DNA of 64,000 bases from Tubiluchus corallicola (lineage: Eukaryota > Animalia > Priapulida): the NCBI GenBank assembly GCA_030141605.1, contig JAQGDQ010000017.1, positions 1,116,001 to 1,180,000 on the forward strand, given 5' to 3'. Below are positions 54,944-64,000 of this stretch, piece by piece. Both the position numbers and the translations under genes were made by a program. The stretch's first letter is position 1, and each line of letters begins with the position of its first letter. The notes under the pieces are model-generated. The model was not told the DNA's origin, searched no databases, and saw nothing but the letters and a program-made list of their open reading frames with translations.

Positions 54944-55030
54944 TGTGTCACGGCACCTTTTTGGTATGTGTCACGGTGCCCTTTTTTATGTGCTTGTTCT
55001 CCTTAACTTTGGTCCCTGGCTACGCCCCTG
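54944..55030. mobile_element. hAT MITE right-end fragment
   Basis: Ends CTGGCTACGCCCCTG (reverse complement CAGGGGCGTAGCCAG), with repeated TGTGTCACGG(C/T)(A/G)CC subterminal units. The left end was not found. Confidence 0.5.
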
Positions 55031-55089
55031 TTCCAGGCTGTGAAATTTGAGTAAAACATTCCTCCCTTGTGAATCTCTCTATCTAACGA

Positions 55090-55330
55090 CAACTACAAAC
55101 TGCAAGATCATGAAGTTATCTTCTAAAAGTATCAAAACAATGACCGCAAAAGCTTGCTCTTGTGACCTTCATATGACCTTTCAGCTCATCAAACATTGGT
55201 TGGCCCACTCCATATAGACTATTCCTATACAAACTGAAATATACAGGGCCAAAGGTCACCGTGGTCTTTCACGGAAAATAAAAGCCGCTCACTGAAGTCA
55301 ATAGCTTTTTAGCTTGAGTAGTGGTCACCC
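55090..55330. mobile_element. Possible HINE-like element remnant
   Basis: Repeated TGACCTT / AAGGTCA motifs typical of invertebrate Helentron-associated repeats. Degenerate. Confidence 0.3.
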
Positions 55331-55744
55331 TAATAGTTATTCTAGGGTCTGGTTTGATCAAACAGTATAATCTGGTAGTAACACGTCTGCTGTCGACCTG
55401 CCTAGCACATTTAGAGTACAAGCTGGGCAATAATAGTCCCTGTTACGTAGTTGTAGAATTGTTATTTACAGTTGGGTAAAAGCTCCTTGAACTTATGTTA
55501 ATCATGTTATTAACAAATGCCAATTTTAAATAAAGATTATATTATTATTAATGTTGTTGTTATTGCTGCTGCTATTGTTGTTATTATTATTATTATTATG
55601 GTTTATGGACCGGAAGGACAAAAATTACTATACAAAAATTGATGGGAAGTCAATAGAAAATTATTAAGTAAATAATGCAGTGAAAGTTGTTTCTAGTTTT
55701 CCAAGTAGCTGAGGCAGACGAACTATGCAAACATTCTGCCTGCC

Positions 55745-55872
<128 letters not shown>

Positions 55873-56547
55873 TTAGAAATCCAATCGATGCAAAAACCAA
55901 GGTTACGATGAAACACAAATCTAAGTTCAACAGTATCTGAGTTGTAGGGCACATTATGAATGAAAACTACCTTCTCCCACGTCACGAGCATGATGTGATG
56001 TGCAAATGATGATTTTATATACTGAATATTTTAGCAACAAAGCAAAACACGTTCTCTTAATAAACACCTAAACGTCAAAGTATTTGCTAACAAATATTAA
56101 TAAACGTATGCACTTTCTAACTCGTTTTTGTATACAGAATATACAGCCGCTGTTGTAATTATCTGAATCAATTTTCCTGCACGGACAATGACCTTGCACC
56201 TGACTGTCCACCTGAGTCTTGCTGACTAATAGCAGACCAAGATCCAGCAGTAATTAGCCAAATTAATCCGCAGCAAGAACAGATGCTAGTTTCAGATATG
56301 AGAGAGGGAGCGTGCAAGTCTACGGATGAAAACAATATATGAGATGAGGCGTATGGGGGAGGGGGTACGCCATACAAACGCCCATACATATTATCTTTTG
56401 ACTCTTTTTTTATTTTTACTCATTGATGCATTTAAGAATATAAGCAAGAAGACTTAGAAGAGTCTTTAAACCGTAGTCTATAATATGTGCACTGTACAGT
56501 GTACACCATCATGAATTAATCACGTTAATTTAAGTACATGCGGCAAT

Positions 56548-56885
56548 AGGCCTTTTAATAGTCTCCTGGAATGCACGCGCAGTTGCTGTAGACCAAAGGT
56601 TACGTGACCCTAGCAATGCGTCTTAACTACAACCATCAGGTGACACCTGTGTAAAGCAAAGCCGTCGCCGCATCAGTTCTTTTACGTAGATACGTGGACT
56701 TTAGTCTGTGCATAGGGTAATTTACTAACAGGATATTGCTTGGGAACAAGAAAAAATAAACTAGGTAAGGTTCTAGCAGTATGGCCTGCAAGGTGTTGTC
56801 AAGTGTACATAAATGCGTTGTCTGGTACACTTAGCCTTTGACCTTTTCACGGACATCATCAATTGCTTGAACTGTGAAAAAGCTT
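56548..56885 (-). mobile_element. AT-flanked MITE family D, inverted copy 3
   Basis: AT-AGGCCTTTTAATAG ... CTGTGAAAAAGCTT-AT. The interior is the reverse complement of copies 1 and 2 (GTACACTTAGCCTTTGACCTTTTCACG, GGTGTTGTCAAGTGTACA). Confidence 0.83.
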
Positions 56886-57234
56886 ATTCATTTATTTGGT
56901 TAATACAGTTTCATCAATTATTTCTCTTTGTTATATTGTTTAGCCTATTTATCTTGTATGTTGGACATAACTATTGCTGGAGTGAAATAAATAGATTTGA
57001 TTTGACTGGAAATTTGCAATTCGAAGATCCTTTATCTCGCCAGCGTGTTAATCTCAAACTCAAGAGTAAATCGTTCGTGAACAGAAAACGTTTCTTTTAC
57101 CTTTAAATGGCAAAACTGCTTTTCTATGTTGAACGGCTATCGGAAGATGATTATTTTCAACTTCGGGGGTTGTCTGGTTTAAAATGTTGAAACTTGGAAA
57201 AAATAACCATGTGATAGTGTTATAAAAAATTTAT

Positions 57235-57620
57235 TATTTCCATTGGATTCACTAAGCCCCAAACCACCCCAAGATTAGACACCGAAAACATCTGTCAGTA
57301 TAACATTAGTCTAGGACGAGTAATATATAAACAATTAATATTTTTAGATGCTGGTGGGCATACTGGACACCATTCTCAAAAAATACGTGATAGTAATTGT
57401 TTTGATCAGATATTTTGAGCCTGAAACCTAAGTCAAGATACCAAAGCGCCACTACTACAACTAACTTGAAAGTTGATTCAGATACGGCAGCCATCCTGGA
57501 CGCCATCTTGAAAAATGTGATTTTCACACTCGCATCGTAATTTTAACGTTTTCATTGAATGCACTGAGCTCTAAAGCCTAGGATGAAACCCCCAAAACCA
57601 CCTCTCTAGGGCCATTTTAA
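57235..57620. repeat. Unclassified interspersed repeat remnant with GCCATCTTG motifs
   Basis: Two related subunits (TTCCATTGGATTCACTAAGC at ~57238 and TTTCATTGAATGCACTGAGC at ~57550) plus GGCAGCCATCCTGGACGCCATCTTGAAAA. Confidence 0.45.
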
Positions 57621-57820
57621 ACTCATGCACGTCGCATTCTTGAAATCATTATAAGAGCACATTTAAACATCTTAGGTATGTTTACTGTTAACTACTGTAG
57701 GTATTAATACACAACGGCTACAGGCTCTAACTGTGTAGAGATTACCACTTACACCACGCATCACGCCTGGCTATATTCAAACACATAAAGCACGAAAGCA
57801 AAGCCTGTAAAATTTTAGCA

Positions 57821-57890
57821 CCTGCAATGGGACTCGAACCTAAGACCTTCTGTTTTCTGGGGAGTCATGCTAACCATTACACCACAGAGG
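57821..57890 (-). pseudogene. tRNA pseudogene or tRNA-derived SINE head
   Basis: The minus strand reads CCTCTGTGGTGTAATGGTTAGCA ... GGTTCGAGTCCCATTGCAGG. A and B boxes are good; anticodon and acceptor stems are broken. Confidence 0.7.
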
Positions 57891-58043
57891 TACATTTACT
57901 ATACCTTTCAGACTTAGAAATTTACTCTATAAGCCATTAGAAGTCTATCAAGTGGAAATAACCGTCTACACCGCGTCAAGACATAGTACAAGATTAATGC
58001 AATAAATGCACGAAAGCAATAGTAAATTAGAAAGAGAAAGTGC

Positions 58044-58122
<79 letters not shown>

Positions 58123-58227
58123 AAAGTAAGTAAGTAAGCAAGTAAGCAAGTAAGCAAGTAAGTAAGCAAGCAAGCAAGTAAGTAAGCAAGTAAGTAAGTA
58201 AGTAAGCAAGCAAGCAAGCAAGTAAGC

Positions 58228-58264
<37 letters not shown>

Positions 58265-58420
58265 TCTTTATTCATCACCTTTTACATAAAAACAGTGCAA
58301 ACTATGATATGATATAATGTAACAAAATTATGATGATGATTAGTATATTTGAGATATAGTGTTAAAGTTGCTGGCGGAAGGGTGGCGAAGATTTAAATGT
58401 CATCAAGGTCACCCTCCCTA
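58044..58420 (-). mobile_element. LINE 3' end with expanded (ACTT/GCTT)n tail
   Basis: Stem GGAAGGGTGGC...GTCACCCTCCC (58376-58418). The minus strand reads GGTGATGAATAAAGAT then about 220 bp of ACTT repeats (58044-58264, read as (TAAG)n on plus). Confidence 0.75.
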
Positions 58421-58559
58421 GTAACTGTAAAAAATTAAGCACCTACATTGCATAATACACTGGGACTCTTCAAACCTAGTGCTTTCCGGACAGCTTATGC
58501 ATTTTCCATTTATATACGTGGCCTTCCATGCCTGAGGTTCTCACAAAAGCTCTGGAACG

Positions 58560-58900
58560 TTACTAATTATCCCGATTTTCCCTACAAATGACGCGCTTCT
58601 TCTGGAAAGTCCTTCGTTGATTTTATAGTCTGCTATGTGGCGCATCATGTGACATTGCTGTGACACGCGAGAGTCCTAACTTCCTTGACGAATCCTCGTC
58701 AAATTATTGTCACGTGACACTAATAATTACGAAAACTAAAGTACCATCGCATTAGCTTTTGACGCAGGTGCTGTGGCTAAGGAAAGGCTAATTATACTAA
58801 TGCACTTTCAGTATGCAAAATTACAGAGCTAGTAAATCAACGGGACGCTGAAGATGATGCTGAGGAAACTATATCAAAAACTGCGCAGTCTGCTGCCCAA
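58560..58900. promoter_or_regulatory. CpG-enriched candidate promoter or enhancer
   Basis: Locally frequent CpG, the palindrome TGTCACGTGACA (58708-58719) and the adjacent inverted TTGACGA...TCGTCAA (58685-58702). Confidence 0.3.
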
Positions 58901-59010
58901 ATGAGATCAACCGCAACTTGACAATTTTGCGCCATTCATTTATCTATTTGTACAAGTTTCATTTACTCATAGACTTGTTCGTTTACTTAACTGTCGAAAG
59001 AACCATAAAC

Positions 59011-59568
59011 ATAAAAAAAAACAAGTCACTCAGTATGTTGGATTTATTTTACTGTTTATCACTTAAACTTAGAAAATAAAAAAAAGAAATTTGCAAAAAA
59101 CTGTCTATAAAGCATAAATTTAAAATATACTACACCTGAATAAAAATCTTCAAGCGTAGTGGTTGCCATTGTTCACTTGAAAAATATGACGTAACTTGGA
59201 GTAAGTTTTCGTAAGCGCATCGTAGCTTTCCGTCAGTGCTCGCTCCTTAAACAAATTTGAACTTCTGCAGCTTACCTAGTGTTCACGCAAATATATTACA
59301 AAATTAGCTAGCTAATTATTTTGTAAAAACTTATTATATTTTTGATGAAAAATTGACAGTGCATACTTTTGTTCAGGACGAATGACATCATTGGAAGAGT
59401 TAATGGGCTTTGAAAATGGAAGCGCCAAGCATGAAGTGATCGAGACTTTAAAGTGATTTTACTAATTACATGAGGCGCTTATTGCAGTTTTATTACTAAA
59501 CCCTTCTAACATTTGTCGTGAATATTGAAATAAGCCTGACTTTCCATAAGGCTTGGCCTTTCCTTTAA
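59011..59568 (+). mobile_element. Kolobok/T2-like MITE family B, copy 2
   Basis: Collinear with 27090-27617 (AAAGAAATTTGCAAAAAACTG, ATTACAAAATTAGCTA, GCATGAAGTGATCG). Right end CTTTCCT-TTAA; the left TIR is decayed. Confidence 0.85.
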
Positions 59569-60759
59569 AAGACTCTCAAGGGCCTCGCTACCTCAGATCA
59601 AAATAGCTGAACAAACATATGCAGGAAACATATAGATGCAACATGTACAGGGCTGTATGGTCGTATGTTGCTCTCGCATTTGGCATTCTTTTGTTGTATG
59701 TTGATGTAGCACTATTACAGTCCATGTGTGCGAAATAAAATGATTTTTATTCTTACTCATGTGCATTGAAATTGTAATTAATGCTAGCGTTGCAGTGTGA
59801 TGCTGTCGCATTTTCAACTAAAGTTGATGAAACAGTAGTTTTAAGAATACGTACTCTTAAAACTACTCTTGAACTACCAGTTAAGTGGATTATCGACAAA
59901 ATTCCGACAACATCGTTTGACGACTATTGCAGTTGACAAATGTATGTAATATGCACGATTTTAGTCAAACGAAATTAAGCCAGATGTAAACAGTTTTCAT
60001 CTTTTTTTCATTACTGCTGCCTATAGTAGTATCTATGTATATCTATCCACATCTATTTCTAGCTTGTCTGCCTATATCTGTATCTACATTTATCATCTAC
60101 AGCTATACATTTTTTGTTTCCTTAGCATGCCAACTTGCTTAATTTACTTTTTTTATAAATTATTTAATTATTTAATTATAAATTTTATTTGTTATATTGC
60201 AAAGCCTAAACAGTCTAAAATAAACTGATTTGTACCCCGGGCTTGTACGTACTTTGAAAATTAAAAAGTACAGAATTAATTGACTTTAAAGCATCAGAGA
60301 ATTTTACATAAGCAAAATGCATTATACTCTGTAAACTACTTAGTTTCTAACTAATTTGAACAGCTAAACTACTGAATATTGACTAATTTATACGGCGGAG
60401 GCTTTTGGTCTCCTTAATAAATTCTCTGCACTAATTGAAATATGAAAACATCTTCATCATCATTTAGCTACGGATTACCAGATAGGAGGGTTAATATTTT
60501 ATCCTGTGAAATGAGATTGTTGAAATTAGCAGATATGATATTAGAAGTAAATAAGTCATAGAGTTTTTGATGGAGTTGCCATATACTTGCAATATACTAA
60601 CGGCAATCGAGCAGATAATGGTGAATAATGTATGATGATGACGACTAGTATGATGACAAATTTTTACTAATATTGTGTGTCGTTACAACCATGGCTATGT
60701 ATCTGATAATTAAGTTATGAAAAACCAATTTTTCTCCTGGTGTGATGAATTGCGTTTGG

Positions 60760-60960
60760 AGTATTTCCAGATTTCAGTCAACACTGTTTTACTTAAAGAA
60801 GAACATTCATGTCTACCACCAAATCAACACATTCTTGGAGCCATGCCGGCCTCACCATCCTATGAGAAGCCAGGTGCGTTAAGACAGGAAGAGGATGCTA
60901 TTATCCAGGAGATCGATAAGCATCTTCTGGAGAAGCTGGCTTTGAATTATTAACCCACTG
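60760..60960 (-). mobile_element. RTE-clade LINE C-terminal remnant
   Basis: Frameshifted LQKML/SISW (~LRxILxIxW) and HRM...KNVL/FG (~GHxxRMxxxRxPKxxLFG). Confidence 0.4.
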
Positions 60961-62966
60961 TTCAATACAAATTCGTTAGCACTACAGGACTGCTGCGTGT
61001 AACACGCACGAATAATCTACGGTCATAGATAACTAGAAAGGCAAAGACATTAACTGGACCTTACACTACGTATACATTGACACTACTAGAACACGGAGAT
61101 ACTTATAGAGTGGAAAAGATTAGGGGGAAGAAGAAACATACAAACTTTTTGCAAAGGGACACCAATTGACAATCTGATAAGAGCAAGCAGCCTCCAGTCA
61201 AATAAGCTTTTTCTCAGAAACGTAGGTGGCAAACCTCATCTAGTAGGTATCTACGGTCCAGCTACTGACAAGTATTCAAGGTGGGAACCCAATGGTTAAA
61301 GTCACAACCAGTTACCACAGCGAAGGTCACTGGAATCCACGAATCCAGCACTCAACTGCAGGTTTTGGCTGGTCGCGGCAAGACCGGGATCTGATTAATT
61401 ATCAAGGCTATGCGTCTCTAACATGATCCAGTGAAAGTATCGTGCCCTAAGGCAATTACAAAGCAAATGGAGCATTGGACATGATTGGTTTTTGATACTC
61501 CATGCTCCTCACATTTGTGAGTAAAGAAGATAAGAAAGACGGAAAAGAAGGGAAAGAATACAAAAACTATCGAAAAGGACAAAGGGGAAAAAGAGAAGAG
61601 GAGCAACAAAAACAAAACCACTATAAACCGGAACCGATGACAGAAACAAAAAACTGAACTGAACTGAACAACATGATGGTGGCTGACACTAGTTGTTTTG
61701 ATTACAGCAGAGACAGGGAGACAGTGGCCATTCATTTAGAAAATGTTACATTTTTACTATTTGTCTTATACAATCAACTTGAACTTCTAACGAAGGGAGC
61801 CCTGTTACACCTTCATTTCATGCCCAATGGAGTGGAATTAGTTCCTCAGCTCAACAACCGGAATAAGGCACCTCTAAAGGAGCCTGCTTCACTAGCTGAA
61901 GCCATTTGGTGACTCTGGTACTCAAATGCGATTACAAAATCTGTCCAATTAATTCTGCAAAAAGAAGCGCAATCTGTATAACCTGTATAATCTGTAGTTT
62001 GTGAATTCAACCACAACCATCAAGAACTAAAAAATAATGACCTACTTGCGATATTGCAGAGCCTATAAATTACAAGAGCAAAACCGGCATATCATCACCG
62101 GACACCCAGTGTCAAAATTCTGCAACAGCCTGTTTGCGCAGGCGCACGATCGAATATCGCCCTGTTTGATCTTTTCTTCAACAAATAGAATGTTTAACTT
62201 TTATTGAACGAATCGGCTTGAAGTCGAGCGAGATAAAACCGTTGTACGTTTACCGAGTGAAAATCACAGGAAATGGGAGCAGAAAAGCTTCTGTTATTGG
62301 CTGTACTACGGAAAACAGACCGAAGAAAATCCGACAATTGTAAAGAGTTCTTTGCACTCAAGAACCTTAAAAGTTAAAAGCCAAAACTTGCTTTTACTAG
62401 AACGTAACATGGGTATAGAACGCTTCTCATGGGTATAGCAAGTCGTGCACGGTGATTTACAGTTATACGTTGTTGCAGGTACAAATGTTTTGGTCCATTA
62501 CCCCTTATATATTAGATATATAGCCCAATATATTAGACTGTAGCTCAACCTCTAGACTACTTTTTCTACTCTGACATTGTATAAGTGGAACTTGTTATGT
62601 ACACACGTCTCTGTTACATTTAAAATTTGACTTATAATTATACTGCTATCTTTTACTGACATTCTGGCTTTTCCTCGACTCAATATTGGACCAACAATGT
62701 ATGTATGCATTTTAGCTTTTTAGTGTAACGTAGTAATCTGTAGCACTTATTTTTCTTGCACTTATTTCAGTAGATTTGTAGATGTAGTAATTGTAGACTA
62801 TAGAAAATTTGTATTTTTTGCAGAATAAACTAACATAGATATGGGAACCCAACTTTGGTTTGAGCGTATACATTACATACGTAATATGTACAACATTGTA
62901 CATACACGTACAATACATATATATTTCGATAAGGTACACTAAGGTGTGCACAGTGCCAATACGCTT

Positions 62967-63512
62967 TAGAGTTGCCACCACTCCTGATTTGGCCCGGAAC
63001 CTCCTGAAATTCAGCCATACGTCCGTAGTTCGATCAGACTTTTGAAAAATTCTGAAATTCCTGATTTCGACTATATCAGATTAAAAATTAAATGGAAAAG
63101 ACGGAAATATAAACATGCTATTCAAACATTGCATAAGGCTTTAAACGGTTACATGTCTTCATCATTTAGCGCCGTCTATATTTTGCACCAACTTTTTCTG
63201 CAACGGCAAGCGCTGCAATGCAAGTATTCTTCCGGTTTAGGTATAATTCACTTACCATAAACAATCTATCTCAAGAAATCTTCAAAAAGTGAGAAATGTA
63301 TTGGGACTAGGGAGAGATTCCCAAATTTGATGCACTTTTTTAAGTTTCAGAGTTTTAGGGCTTTTTAGAGTCCAAAAGTCGAGAAATTAGTTTACTTTGT
63401 GGTTTAAATTTCTTGACTTTTGTTTCTGAAAAAGGCCTAAAATACAGGAAATGGGTTGGCTTCCAGTCCCCGACCCCCTAGCGTTTCGGTTCGTGACAAG
63501 GTGGCAACCCTA
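62967..63512. mobile_element. Non-autonomous hAT element (TAGGGTTGCCA-type, Blackjack-like)
   Basis: TIRs TAGAGTTGCCACC / GGTGGCAACCCTA. The 8-bp TSD is ATACGCTT vs ATACGGTT (7/8 match). Confidence 0.85.
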
Positions 63513-63649
63513 ATACGGTTAATGAAGATAAACGGGGTATGAACCCACAAGACGTGGAAGCCGTACATGTATCACCAACATGTTTGCACAACTACAGTAT
63601 ACTATAAAGTATAATATAAGAATAAGGGAAACATGTACAGGACTGTATG

Positions 63650-63971
63650 CAGGGGCGGAACTAGGGGGGGAGCGAGGGGGGGGTGCACGCCCCCCTGTCA
63701 AAATTTGCGCCACCCCTGCAAAATCGGACGAATAATTTTTTTTTGCAGTGAAAATTGCAGTTCGCATGTAATCATTTTCAATATGAATTAGAATTAGGTA
63801 AAAAAATGTTCGTTACGCCGTCCTACACACATGCTAATTATAGGCCTGCATGCAGTATAAAAGGGGTTAAAAATTGGCTTAACCATTATTTAACCACTTC
63901 GGATACCTCGCCCCCCCCCAGAAAATTTTTGCGCCCCCCCCCCCTGCTTGCCACATCTAGTTCCGGCCCTG
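63650..63971. mobile_element. hAT MITE, 322 bp
   Basis: TIRs CAGGGGCGGAACTAG / CTAGTTCCGGCCCTG. Exact 8-bp TSD ACTGTATG at 63642-63649 and 63972-63979. Confidence 0.93.
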
Positions 63972-64000
63972 ACTGTATGTGCGGTCATTTGGCATTCTTT

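Noticed and set aside
57821-57890. Functional tRNA gene
   Set aside because: The anticodon arm and acceptor stem do not pair, so it is kept only as a pseudogene or SINE head.
60385-60600. GGCGGAGG hairpin and ATTACC...GGAGGGTTAATATTTT resembling DINE/HINE ends
   Set aside because: Too degenerate to define boundaries by eye.
60836-60851. Minus-strand GGCCGGCATGG, identical to the 5' end of the HDV genomic ribozyme
   Set aside because: There is no downstream P1 partner (GCCGGC) or P2/P3 elements, and the segment fits an RTE-like coding remnant better.

Overview
This is AT-rich (roughly 35% GC by eye) eukaryotic DNA, most consistent with a marine invertebrate; a tunicate or other deuterostome is an inference, not shown. 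It contains no intact, recognisable protein-coding gene. The supplied ORFs are short, microsatellite-derived or lie inside repeats. The window is a mosaic of non-autonomous DNA transposons: two TTAA-flanked Kolobok/T2-like MITE families (5 and 2 copies), an AT-flanked ISL2EU-like MITE family (3 copies), three hAT MITEs with 8-bp TSDs, and TA-flanked Tc1/mariner MITEs. It also holds decayed LINE fragments, tRNA-derived SINE heads, a 5S/tRNA-chimeric SINE, a long foldback palindrome, and many micro- and minisatellites. Several minus-strand acceptor/donor pairs suggest the window is mostly long introns of one unidentified minus-strand gene. Candidate cis-regulatory clusters (CAGGTG E-boxes, homeodomain sites) sit between the repeats. 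I found no convincing new multi-gene system. The best leads are the ~130-bp-arm hairpin, a family of LINE 3' stem-loops each seeding a different microsatellite, inverted MITE pairs bracketing candidate exons, and the E-box cluster overlapping a candidate exon.
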